Shown piece by piece: positions 55,014-64,000 of a DNA stretch of 64,000 nucleotides. Source of the DNA: Deltaproteobacteria bacterium (GTDB taxonomy: Bacteria; Myxococcota; Kuafuiibacteriia; Kuafuiibacteriales; Kuafuiibacteriaceae); NCBI GenBank assembly GCA_040218735.1, contig JAVJQW010000062.1:160001-224000 (forward strand), in the 5' to 3' direction. The notes beneath the pieces are model-generated. The model was not told where the DNA came from. It saw nothing but the letters and a program-made list of their open reading frames with translations, and did no database searches. A program made the position numbers and the translations under genes. How positions within the stretch are numbered: the first letter of the stretch is position 1; each line of letters begins with the position of its first letter.

Positions 55014-56932
55014 GATGCCTCCTCCAGCTCGACCAAGAGCTGCTTGTTGTCGACCTGATCCGAGACCGCGATGGACACCGACGCGACGACGCCGTCGCGC
55101 GGCGCCGTCAACTCGAGTTGCATCTTCATCGCTTCGAGGATCACCAGGATGTCGTTCTTCTTCACCGCGTCACCCGCCGCGACGCGCACCTCGATCACAC
55201 GCCCCGCCATGGGCGCGATCACCGCGTCCTCGGACGCACCACCCGCCGCGGCGTCGGAGTGCGGGCGGACCTCGAACGTGAACGTGTCGCGTTCGTCGCG
55301 GACGTGAATCACCTCGCGCCCGCCGACGCCGAAGCGCCGCACCACGCCGTCGTGCTCCACCGTGACTTCGTCGGCGTCGAAGCGCGCCGTGAGGGGCACC
55401 GCGTCACAACCTTCGATGCGCACCTCGTACCCGTCGCGCCCGACGACCACCACGCCGCGCCGGACGTCATCGCGCCACGCGAGGCGCACCGGCACGTGCT
55501 GGTGCGCGGTGCTGCGCCAGAAGTCGTCGCCGTCTCGGCGGGCCGCCGCGAGCGCCGCGACGCTCCAGGTCAACGCGTCCGGCGCCGGCCGCTCGAGGTC
55601 CGCGAGGTGCTCGCCGATGAACCCGGTCGTGGCGCCGCCCGCCGCGAACACATCGTGGTCGAGGATCGCCGCGAGATAACTCGCGTTGGTCACCACGCCG
55701 TCGACGCGCAGACGCCGCAGCGCGAAAGCCAGCTTGCGCCGCGCTTCGTCGCGGTCACGACCGTGCGCGATCACCTTCGCGAGCATCGCGTCGTAGAACG
55801 CCGTCACCGCCTGGCCCGACGCGAGCCCGTGATCCACACGCACGCCCTCGGGCCACACGACGTGCTCCGCAACGCCGACCTGCGGCAAGAACCCGGCGTA
55901 CGGATCCTCCGCGTACAGGCGCGCCTCGATCGCGTGCCCGTCGAACGCCGGCGCCTCGGCCGGGAGCGCGCGACCCGCCGCGACGTCGAGCTGCCACGCG
56001 ACGAGGTCGAGCCCCGTCACGAGCTCCGTCACCGGGTGTTCGACCTGCAGGCGGGTGTTCATCTCCATGAAGTAGAACGCACCGTCCTCGCCGAGCAGGA
56101 ACTCCACCGTCCCCGCGCCGACGTAGCCGATCGCCTTCGCCGCGGTGACCGCCGCGTCGCCCATCGCCGCCCGAATCTCGGGCGTGACGGCGGGCGACGG
56201 CGCCTCTTCGATCACCTTCTGGTGCCGGCGCTGCACGGAGCAGTCGCGCTCGCCGAGGTGCAGCGCGTGCCCGTGTGCGTCCGCGAACACCTGAATCTCG
56301 ACGTGGCGCGGATTCACGATCGCACGCTCGAGGATCAACTCCCCGTCGCCGAACGAGCTTTCAGCCTCCGAGCGCGCCGCCTGGATCGCGCGTGGCAGAT
56401 CCGCCGGGTCGGTGACGAGGCGAAGACCGCGCCCCCCACCGCCGGCGCTCGCCTTGATCATCAGCGGCGCACCGAGCGCCTCGGCCTTCGCTACGAGCGC
56501 TTCGACCGACTGCTCCTCACCGTCGTACCCCGGCACGACCGGGACGCCCGCGTCCGCCATCCGCCGCTTCGCGAGGCGCTTCGATCCCATCAACCGCATC
56601 GCCTCCGCGGGCGGCCCGATGAAGACGAGCCCCGCGTCCGCGCACGCTTCGGCGAACGCCGGGTTCTCGGAGAGGAAGCCGTAGCCGGGGTGCACGGCGT
56701 CGGCGCCGGTCTTCTTCGCGGCGTCGAGCAGCCGCTCGATCGACAGATACGACTCCGCCGGCACCGAAGGCCCGATGTGCACCGCGACGTCCGCGGCGCG
56801 CACGTGCAGCGCGTCGCGGTCGGCGTCCGAGAACACCGCGACGGTCTCGTAACCCATCGCGCGCGCGGTTCGGCAGACACGCACGGCGATCTCGGCGCGG
56901 TTGGCGATCAGGATGCGCGAGAAGTTCTTCAT
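55010..56932 (-). CDS. Acyl-CoA carboxylase biotin carboxylase/BCCP subunit (AtuF/LiuD-like)
   Basis: ILIANRAEIA, HPGYGFLSEN, RDCSVQRRHQK, EMNTRLQVEH, EAMKM. Confidence 0.94.
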   Translation of the reverse strand: MKNFSRILIANRAEIAVRVCRTARAMGYETVAVFSDADRDALHVRAADVAVHIGPSVPAESYLSIERLLDAAKKTGADAVHPGYGFLSENPAFAEACADAGLVFIGPPAEAMRLMGSKRLAKRRMADAGVPVVPGYDGEEQSVEALVAKAEALGAPLMIKASAGGGGRGLRLVTDPADLPRAIQAARSEAESSFGDGELILERAIVNPRHVEIQVFADAHGHALHLGERDCSVQRRHQKVIEEAPSPAVTPEIRAAMGDAAVTAAKAIGYVGAGTVEFLLGEDGAFYFMEMNTRLQVEHPVTELVTGLDLVAWQLDVAAGRALPAEAPAFDGHAIEARLYAEDPYAGFLPQVGVAEHVVWPEGVRVDHGLASGQAVTAFYDAMLAKVIAHGRDRDEARRKLAFALRRLRVDGVVTNASYLAAILDHDVFAAGGATTGFIGEHLADLERPAPDALTWSVAALAAARRDGDDFWRSTAHQHVPVRLAWRDDVRRGVVVVGRDGYEVRIEGCDAVPLTARFDADEVTVEHDGVVRRFGVGGREVIHVRDERDTFTFEVRPHSDAAAGGASEDAVIAPMAGRVIEVRVAAGDAVKKNDILVILEAMKMQLELTAPRDGVVASVSIAVSDQVDNKQLLVELEEAS

Positions 56933-58545
56933 CACAGCCTCGCCACCCCGAACGTGTTGGGCCGCAGCGTGCGGCGCTCGGCTTCTCGGCACGTCGCCAG
57001 ACAGAACGCGACGACCTTGCGGCTGTCGCGCGGGTCGATCACGCCGTCGTCCCAGAGGCGCGCGCTGCCGTAGAAGACGTGGGTCTTCGGCTCCATGTTC
57101 TTGATGAGCTCCTCTTTCAACGAGTCGAGGAAGTCCTGCGGCGGCTCTTGCCCCATCTTCTTCATCATCTTCTCGCGCGTGATGATCTCCATGACCGTCG
57201 CCGCCTGCTGCGGCCCCATCACGCCGACCTTCGCGTTCGGCCACGAGAAGATGAAACGCGGCGACAACCCGCGCCCCGCCATGCCGTAGTTCCCAGCGCC
57301 CCACGAACCGCCGATCACCAGCGTGATCTTCGGGACCGTCGCGTTGGCGACCGCCTGGATCATCTTCGAGCCGTGTTTGACGATGCCGGACGACTCGGCC
57401 TCCTTGCCGACGAGGTACCCGGTCGTGTTCTGCAGGAAGAGCAGCGGCGTCCCCGACTGCGAGCACAGCTGGATGAACTGCGCCGCCTTCGTCGCGCCCT
57501 GCGGATCGATCGGACCGTTGTTGCCGAGGATGCCGATCGGCGTCCCCTCGACCGCCGCGTGGCCGCAGACGGTGTGCACGCCGTAGTCGGCCTTGAAGTC
57601 GAGGAAGTCCGAGCCATCGACGATGCGCGCGATGACCTCGCGGACGTCGTACGGCTTCGCGAAGTCCAGCGGCACGAGGCCACACAGCTCCTCCGCGTCG
57701 TAACGCGGCGCCTCGAACGCACCGGGCGCCTCGGGGGTGTCCCACGTGAGCTTGCCGACCAGCTCCCGCGCCACCGCGATCGCATGCGCGTCGTCCTCGG
57801 CCATGTACTCCGCGGTGCCGGCGACCTCCGCGTGGAGCGTCGCGCCGCCGAGCTCTTCGTCCGTCGCGACCTCCCCCGTCGCGGCCTTGAGCAGCGGCGG
57901 TCCCGCGAGGAAGATCTTCGACTTGTTGCGCACGACCACGACGTAGTCCGAAAGCCCCGGCAGGTACGCGCCGCCCGCCGTGCTGGAGCCGTGCACCACC
58001 GTCACCTGCGGGATGCCGGCGGCGGAGAGCCGCGCCTGGTTCGCGAACGTGCGGCCGCCCTCGATGAACATCTCCTCCTGGTAGAGGAGGTTCGCGCCCG
58101 CGCTCTCGGCGAGGGTGACGAGCGGGAGTTTGTTCTCGAACGCGATCTGCTGAATGCGCAGCGCCTTCTTCAGACCGCTCGGCGAGACGGACCCGCCCTT
58201 GATGCCCGAGTCCGTCGCGGAGACCAGGCACCGCTTGCCCGCGACGAAGCCGATGCCGCTGATCGAGCCGCCGCCCTGTGCGCCGTCGCCGCCGTCGTCG
58301 TCGTGCATCCCGAGGCCGGCGAGCGTGGAGAGCTCCAAGTACGGACGCCCGGCGTCGAGCAGCAGCGCGACGCGATCGCGCGGGAGGAGCTGGCCGCGCT
58401 TTTCGAACTTGGCGCGCGAGCGCTCGGAGTTCTTGCGGACCTTCGCCTCGATGTCGCGGAGCGCCTCGACGCGCTCGAGCATCTCGGCGCGCTGCGTTCG
58501 GAAGCGCTCCGACCGGGTGTCGATGCGGGATTCGAGCCTGGGCAT
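56932..58545 (-). CDS. Acyl-CoA carboxylase carboxyltransferase subunit (AtuC/LiuB-like)
   Basis: RGQLLPRDR, ESAGANL, STAGGAY, EELGGA, GAGNYGM, LWDDGVIDPRD. Confidence 0.94.
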   Translation of the reverse strand: MPRLESRIDTRSERFRTQRAEMLERVEALRDIEAKVRKNSERSRAKFEKRGQLLPRDRVALLLDAGRPYLELSTLAGLGMHDDDGGDGAQGGGSISGIGFVAGKRCLVSATDSGIKGGSVSPSGLKKALRIQQIAFENKLPLVTLAESAGANLLYQEEMFIEGGRTFANQARLSAAGIPQVTVVHGSSTAGGAYLPGLSDYVVVVRNKSKIFLAGPPLLKAATGEVATDEELGGATLHAEVAGTAEYMAEDDAHAIAVARELVGKLTWDTPEAPGAFEAPRYDAEELCGLVPLDFAKPYDVREVIARIVDGSDFLDFKADYGVHTVCGHAAVEGTPIGILGNNGPIDPQGATKAAQFIQLCSQSGTPLLFLQNTTGYLVGKEAESSGIVKHGSKMIQAVANATVPKITLVIGGSWGAGNYGMAGRGLSPRFIFSWPNAKVGVMGPQQAATVMEIITREKMMKKMGQEPPQDFLDSLKEELIKNMEPKTHVFYGSARLWDDGVIDPRDSRKVVAFCLATCREAERRTLRPNTFGVARL

Positions 58546-58564
58546 GGAACCGACCGAGAACCTA

Positions 58565-58577
58565 TGACTGCCAGTCA
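58565..58577. promoter_or_regulatory. Putative TetR operator 1
   Basis: Palindrome TGACTG-C-CAGTCA in the spacer of a minus-strand TTGATC-17-TAGGTT promoter. Confidence 0.65.
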
Positions 58578-58637
58578 CCCAGATCAAGCCTCGATTTGGT
58601 CTTGATGCCGATAATCGGCTCGTGCATCCTCATCTCG

Positions 58638-59270
58638 GTGACTGCGAGTCAGTCGAAGTCTGACCCGGATCGGCGTTCGGCGTTCCTCGCCGCGGCGCGC
58701 CGCCTCTTCGTGGCGAACGGGTACGCGGGGACGAGTGTGTCGAGCATCGTGCGCGAGGTCGGCGTCGCGCAGGGCACGTTCTACCTGCACTTCGAGACCA
58801 AGGCGCAGCTCCTCGCCCAGCTTCAGCGCGGCGTCGCGCGCGACTACCTGCACGCGTTCCAGCGCGGCACGCAGCCGCCGGGCGACCCCGCCGACGAGCG
58901 CCTCGTGCGCGGGCTCGTCGCGATCAACGAGGCGGTGGAGGCGCACCGCGACCTCGTCGGAGTCTTTCGCGCGGCCGCGAGCGCGGAGGAGTCCCAAGCC
59001 ACGATGCTCCAGGGGCGCGAGACGCTCTCGTGGCCGCTCGCGGGGCTCATCGCGGAGGGCGTCGACCAGGAGCGCTTCGTCGCGCCGGACCCGCGGCTGT
59101 CGGCGCACATCATCCTCTCCGTGTTCGACGACCTGCTCTACGAGTCGATGGTCTACGCCAAGCCGGCCGACAACCCGACGGTGCTCGCGGCCAGCGCGCA
59201 GTTCGTGCTCACCGCGCTCGGCGTCGCGCCTGCACGCGCGACGGATGTGGTCTCGGCGATCGTCACGTGA
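58638..59270 (+). CDS. TetR/AcrR-family regulator
   Basis: AARRLFVANGYAGTSVSSIVREVGVAQGTFYLHFETK. Confidence 0.93.
   Translation: MTASQSKSDPDRRSAFLAAARRLFVANGYAGTSVSSIVREVGVAQGTFYLHFETKAQLLAQLQRGVARDYLHAFQRGTQPPGDPADERLVRGLVAINEAVEAHRDLVGVFRAAASAEESQATMLQGRETLSWPLAGLIAEGVDQERFVAPDPRLSAHIILSVFDDLLYESMVYAKPADNPTVLAASAQFVLTALGVAPARATDVVSAIVT
58639..58651. promoter_or_regulatory. Putative TetR operator 2
   Basis: TGACTGCGAGTCA, 12/13 identical to operator 1, overlapping the tetR start. Confidence 0.6.
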
Positions 59271-59312
59271 GGATCGTGCCGACGGTGCGCCGACTCTGGT
59301 ACATCGAGTGAA

Positions 59313-60696
59313 GTGAGACGCGTCGGCGCCCTCCCCGGTCTGCTGTTCGCGTGCGCCGGCGAAGACGCGACGACGACGCGCGACGCAGGCCCGTCGAGCT
59401 CACGCGACGGAGGGACACGCGACGCCGGCGCAACGCACGATGGAGGTGCCGTGGACGGCGGAACCCGAGACGGCGGTCCGCGCGACGCCGGGACCGCGCG
59501 CGACGGAGGCCAAGTTGTGGACGGCGGCTTCCCCGCGACCGGCTGGTGCCCCGACGTCACCCTCGCCCGGGCCTCGGGGGCCAACGTCGCCGCGGAGCTG
59601 TCCCGCGCGCACGCCGACTTCCTCTACTTCTCGGACATCGTCGACAACATCGACGTCGGCGACGCGTTGAGCGCGGCGCTCGCGCCCGCGGACGCGCTCG
59701 ACCCGTCCGGCATCCCCGCGACGGTCGCGCGCTACGCGAGCGTCTTCGACGAAGCCTGTGACGGCCCCGTCGGCCCCGCCACGCTGGGGCCCGCGACGGT
59801 CACGCTGGAGGGCAACGTCGCGGTCGTCCACCCCGGCACCGGCCCCGTACAGATCCCCGCAGGCGCCGTCGCGATCGGGATCGACTTCACGAACCTCCCC
59901 GACGCCCCGGAGCTGGAGGACGCCCTCACGACCGCCCTCTCGGCGGCGCTCGACAGCGACCTCATGCGACCGCGGCGACACGTCCGGCACTTCGAGGGGC
60001 TGATCGACTACGCGGACATCGAAGCCGACGCCGACGAGGTCGTCATCCCGACCCCGATCATGATCGACGGTCTCGCCGCCGCCGCGCGCCCGCTGGGGAT
60101 CATCACCGGCAACCCCATGCCGCCGATCGCGGCGGAGCTCGCCGGCGCGCTCAGGATGGAGCAGCGCGCGTGGTTGTTCGGCGCGGACGTCCACGCGCGC
60201 GTCGCGGAGAGCTACGGGCGCCGCGTCGGCGACCGGGTGTTGGTGTTCCGCGGGCACATGCTGCTCATCAACACGAGTGTGCCGTGGCCCGACGTGATCC
60301 GCGCCGACTACGACGCCGACGACTACGACAACCTCACCACGCTCCGGCGACGACCGCCCGGCCCTCGGCCAAGGCGTCACGAACACGTACGTGGTGATCG
60401 TGGACGCGTACATGTCTTCGGCCGCGGAGCGCCTGGCGAGCATCCTGCGCGCGAGCGCGGACGTGGACGTCTTCATCGGCCGACCGACGTCCGCATCCGC
60501 GGGTGACATCTGTCGTGTCTCTCTGCCCGGCGGCCCCCAGCTCACCCTCTCGTGCACCGGCGTACGGCGCACGGACGGGACGCCGTACTTCGGCGTGGGG
60601 ATCACGCCGGACATCGTGACGTACCCGAGCCCCGCGTCACTCCAGGCGGAGCGGCTGCTGTCGATCGAAGCTGCGCTGGACTACGTCGGGCGCTAG
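59313..60696 (+). pseudogene. S41-family peptidase-like lipoprotein split by a frameshift near 60343
   Basis: LFAC lipobox; downstream frame has VIVDAYMSSAAE, IGRPT and GVGITPDI S41 motifs. Confidence 0.6.
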
Positions 60697-60711
60697 TGGC
60701 ACACCGCGCTC

Positions 60712-61734
60712 GTGCGCACGCCCTTCGAGGACGGCTTTACCTTCCCCGCGGAGTGGACCCCGCACGCGACCACGCTCCTCGCGTGGCCCTACGCGGCGGA
60801 CCTGTGGGAGGAGCGCCTCGCCGCCGCACAGACGGAGTGGGTCGCGCTGTGCCGAAGCATCAACCGCGGCGAGCCGCTCACGGTGCTGGTCCCCGACGCC
60901 GAAGAAGAAACGGCGGCGCGCGCGGCGCTCGGTGACGTCGACGTCACGTTCTGGCGGATCGGGTTCGGCGACATCTGGATGCGCGACATCGCACCGCTCG
61001 TGCTCACGAAGGGAGCTTCGCGCGCGAGCGCGGTGTTTCGTTTCAATGGATGGGGCGGAAAGTACGAGCTGCCGGGGGACGACGCCGTCTCCGCGAAGGC
61101 CGCCGACGCGCTCGGCTTCGATCGTTACGAAGCACCGTTCGTGATGGAGGGCGGAAGCGTCGACGTCGACGGTGAAGGCACCGTCCTCACCACCGAGCAG
61201 TGCCTCCTCAACGACAACCGCAACCCCGGGCGCTCGCGTATGCAGATCGAGGCGGACCTCCGTGACTACCTCGGCGCCAAGAAAACCGTGTGGATCACCG
61301 AAGGGCTCGCCAACGACCACACCGACGGGCACGTCGACACCATCGCGCGGTTCGTTCGGCCGGGCGTGGTAATGGTGATGGCGCCGAGCGGCGACGACCC
61401 GAACCGCGACGTGCTCGAAAAGATCGCGCGCGAGGTCGAAGCCGCGACCGACGCCGCCGGGCGCAAGCTCGAAGTCGTCCGCATCCCCTCCCCCGGGCGC
61501 CTGATCGGCGACGACGGCGAAGTGATGCCCGCGAGCTACGTGAACTTCTACATCGGCAACCGCACGGTGACGGTGCCGCAGTACGGCACGGACTACGACC
61601 GCCCCGCGCTCGACGCGATCGCGAAGGTCTTCCCGGACCGCGAAGTCGTCGGTGCTTCGGCGCGCGCGATCCTCGAAGGCGGCGGTGCGTTCCACTGCAT
61701 CACGCAGCAGGTGCCGAAGGGAGCCTCGACATGA
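60712..61734 (+). CDS. aguA: Agmatine deiminase
   Basis: PAEW.PH, DIWMRD, EGGS, DHTDGHVD, ASYVNF, GGGAFHCITQQ. Confidence 0.95.
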   Translation: MRTPFEDGFTFPAEWTPHATTLLAWPYAADLWEERLAAAQTEWVALCRSINRGEPLTVLVPDAEEETAARAALGDVDVTFWRIGFGDIWMRDIAPLVLTKGASRASAVFRFNGWGGKYELPGDDAVSAKAADALGFDRYEAPFVMEGGSVDVDGEGTVLTTEQCLLNDNRNPGRSRMQIEADLRDYLGAKKTVWITEGLANDHTDGHVDTIARFVRPGVVMVMAPSGDDPNRDVLEKIAREVEAATDAAGRKLEVVRIPSPGRLIGDDGEVMPASYVNFYIGNRTVTVPQYGTDYDRPALDAIAKVFPDREVVGASARAILEGGGAFHCITQQVPKGAST

Positions 61735-62594
61735 CGAACCACATCCACGTCGCAGCCATCCAGTGCCCACTCGGTGACGAGCGCGAGGCCAACGTGCAGC
61801 GCGTTCTCGGCCACATCCGCGCGGCGGCGGAGCGCGGCGCGCAGATCATCCTGCCGCCCGAGCTGTTCGAGGGACCGTACTTCTGCCGGCACGAGCGCGA
61901 CGAGTTCTTCGCGTGGGCGCGTCCGTTCGAGGGCAACGCGACCATCGAGCGCGTCGCCGCGCTGGCGAAGGAGCTCGGCGTGGTCGTGCCGGTGTCGTTC
62001 TTCGAGCGCGCGGGCCAGGCGTACTACAACAGCCTAGCGGTGGTGGACGCCGACGGCGCCGTGCTCGGCCTGTACCGAAAGAGCCACATCCCGGACGGCC
62101 CCGGCTACGAAGAGAAGTTCTACTTCCGCCCCGGCGACACCGGCTTTCGGGTGTTCGAGACGAAACACGCCACGATCGGCGTCGGCATCTGCTGGGACCA
62201 GTGGTTCCCGGAGTGCGCGCGCGCGATGATGCTCCTCGGCGCGCAGCTTCTGCTCTACCCGACCGCGATCGGATCGGAGCCGCAGGACCCGGACCTCGAC
62301 ACCAAGGCACCGTGGCAGCGCGCGATGATCGGCCACGCGGTGAGCAACGTGGTCCCGGTGATCGCGGCGAACCGCATCGGCACGGAAGAGGGGCAGACGT
62401 TCTACGGCGGCTCGTTCATCGCGAACCAACGCGGCGACAAGATCGCCGAGCTCGACGCCGAGGAAGGCATCATCGACGCGAAGCTCGACCTCGACGCGAT
62501 CGCCGCGACGCGCGCGTCCTGGGGGTTCTTTCGCGACCGACGCCCGGAGCTGTACGGCGTGTTGAAGACCGCCGACGGGCGCACGACGCACTGA
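61731..62594 (+). CDS. aguB: N-carbamoylputrescine amidase
   Basis: ELF, YRKSHIPDGPGYEEKFYF, GICWDQWFPE, YPTAIGSEP. Confidence 0.95.
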   Translation: MTNHIHVAAIQCPLGDEREANVQRVLGHIRAAAERGAQIILPPELFEGPYFCRHERDEFFAWARPFEGNATIERVAALAKELGVVVPVSFFERAGQAYYNSLAVVDADGAVLGLYRKSHIPDGPGYEEKFYFRPGDTGFRVFETKHATIGVGICWDQWFPECARAMMLLGAQLLLYPTAIGSEPQDPDLDTKAPWQRAMIGHAVSNVVPVIAANRIGTEEGQTFYGGSFIANQRGDKIAELDAEEGIIDAKLDLDAIAATRASWGFFRDRRPELYGVLKTADGRTTH

Positions 62595-62619
62595 GCCGGG
62601 CGCTCACGACGCGTTGCGT

Positions 62620-62982
62620 TCAGCGGGATGTCGATGCTCGAGCCGACCGCGGTCCCGCCGCGACGACGCGATCGATCACGTGTCGAATCCGCTCGGCGTC
62701 GACCGCCTCCCCGTACGGGAGGTTGATCGTCACCCGCGCGGCCGGGCACGTACCGCCGAGCATCCGGTACAGCTCCGTCGCTTCCCCGGTCTGGAAGTGA
62801 ATCGACGCGTACTTCTGACGCGGCGCGAAGCCAATCCGGACGCCCTCGACCCACCGCGCCATGAACGAGCCCGTGCGCTCCCAGGCCTCGATCGGCACGT
62901 CGAAGAACACGGCCTCGTAGTGCTTCGCCGCCGCAATCAGGACCGGCGGCGGCACGTCGGGGAAGTGATCGCCGAGATCCAT
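62620..62982 (-). CDS. Hypothetical protein, DUF1801-like
   Basis: GFA....YASIHF...TINLPY..V pattern. Confidence 0.45.
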   Translation of the reverse strand: MDLGDHFPDVPPPVLIAAAKHYEAVFFDVPIEAWERTGSFMARWVEGVRIGFAPRQKYASIHFQTGEATELYRMLGGTCPAARVTINLPYGEAVDAERIRHVIDRVVAAGPRSARASTSR

Positions 62983-63015
62983 TCTGGCCGGAGCCTAGAT
63001 TTTTTCGACGCCCGC

Positions 63016-63042
63016 TGTCGATCCGAGGGCGCCCCGTTCGTC
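63016..63042 (+). promoter_or_regulatory. ECF-type promoter candidate
   Basis: TGTCGAT...CGTC ending 11 nt before ATG 63054, preceded by a T-tract. Confidence 0.45.
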
Positions 63043-63053
63043 CCCTGTGCATC

Positions 63054-63737
63054 ATGCCCAACATGACGTTCACGGGGTTCGACCCCGCCGCGGTGGCGCT
63101 GCTGCCGCAGCTGCCCCAGCTCGACGCCTCGGACTACGAAGGTGTCAAAGACCAGCTCGCGAGCGGCTTGCGCGCGCCCGGCGCCGCGCTGATGGAGGCC
63201 ATCGCCCACCGGCTCGGTCCGAAGCTCACCGTCGGCCGCGCCTCGGTGTCGCCGCTGCACCGCGACCTGCGGTTCGCCAAGGCCGGGACGCCTCGGTACA
63301 AGGACCACCTGCTCCTGACCACCTGGGAGGGGAAGGACCGCAAGACGTCGCCGATGCTCTGGCTGCGGATCGACGCCGAGTCGGTCGGCTTCGCGAGCGG
63401 CGTAATGTTCACCCCGACGACGCGCGAGCGTTGGCGCAACGCGGTCGGCGCCGACTCCGGCACCACACTCGCGAAGCACCTCGCGGCGCTCGAGAAGAAA
63501 CACCGGCGGCACGGCTTCGACATCGCGGGCGACCAGCTCGCGCGCGTTCCGAAGCCGTGGCCCGCGGATCACGAACGCGCCGACCTGCTCCGCCGCACCG
63601 GGTTCCAGGTGCGGTTCATGGAGCCCCACCCCAAACGCATCGACACCCCCGCGTTCGCGGCGTGGTGCACCCAACGTCTCGGCGAGCTGTGGCCGGTTCA
63701 CCGCTGGCTCGTCGACCATGTCGCGGAGGCTGAATGA
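63054..63737 (+). CDS. DUF2461 family protein
   Basis: FTGF N-terminus; LHRDLRFAK..PRYKDH; GDQLARVPK...DH..ADLLR. Confidence 0.78.
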   Translation: MPNMTFTGFDPAAVALLPQLPQLDASDYEGVKDQLASGLRAPGAALMEAIAHRLGPKLTVGRASVSPLHRDLRFAKAGTPRYKDHLLLTTWEGKDRKTSPMLWLRIDAESVGFASGVMFTPTTRERWRNAVGADSGTTLAKHLAALEKKHRRHGFDIAGDQLARVPKPWPADHERADLLRRTGFQVRFMEPHPKRIDTPAFAAWCTQRLGELWPVHRWLVDHVAEAE

Positions 63738-64000
63738 ACAAGGAAGAAGCGCTGTTCTGGTCGCTCGCCGACGAGCTCGCGGGCGAGGACCCGCGGGTCG
63801 TGGAGGGCACGATCATGGGCGGGCGGTGCCTGCGCGTCGGCAAGGAGTTCCTCGCCCTCGTCGACTTCAAGGGCTCGGGCCTCGTCGTGAAGCTCCCGCG
63901 TGCGCGCGTGGAGGCGCTCATCGAAGCCGGCCACGGCGAGGCGTTCGCGCCGGCCGGGCGGGTGTTCAAGGAGTGGGTCGCGATCCCGAAGCCCGACCGG
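63734..64000 (+). CDS. TfoX-N/MmcQ-like protein (3'-truncated)
   Basis: ATGA overlap; MNKEEALFW...GTIMGGRCLRV...LVVKLPRARVEALI...GRVFKEWV. Confidence 0.65.
   Translation, partial: MNKEEALFWSLADELAGEDPRVVEGTIMGGRCLRVGKEFLALVDFKGSGLVVKLPRARVEALIEAGHGEAFAPAGRVFKEWVAIPKPDR

Overview
High-GC bacterial chromosome segment. The gene content points to Myxococcota/Deltaproteobacteria: myxobacterial Cys-rich repeats, PEGA, PilZ, an ECF/Ser-Thr kinase pair and about nine lipoproteins. It holds about 52 CDSs. Housekeeping and metabolic genes include guaB, dapF, kbl, sppA, cutA, aguA/aguB and an acyl-CoA carboxylase operon. Signalling genes include a sigma-54 activator, a pseudo-receiver/PilZ protein, two CheB-CheR fusions around a PAS kinase, and ECF+STK. 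No rRNA, tRNA, CRISPR or transposase was seen. The best non-coding signals are: (1) a perfect sigma-54 promoter (2690-2705) driving a ~140-nt ORF-less structured RNA with two UCCCCC-loop hairpins and a U-tail, divergent from an NtrC-family activator (candidate new sRNA system, Pxr-like in logic); (2) a two-copy ~200-bp palindromic element between convergent genes; (3) a promoter, 4-codon uORF and anti-start pairing in front of an ABC-F gene (candidate attenuator); (4) paired TetR operators. Unusual proteins include a KDPG-aldolase/molybdopterin-domain fusion, a CheB paralogue lacking catalytic residues, and a Tlde1-like L,D-transpeptidase-fold protein. All calls come from manual motif recognition; no searches were run.
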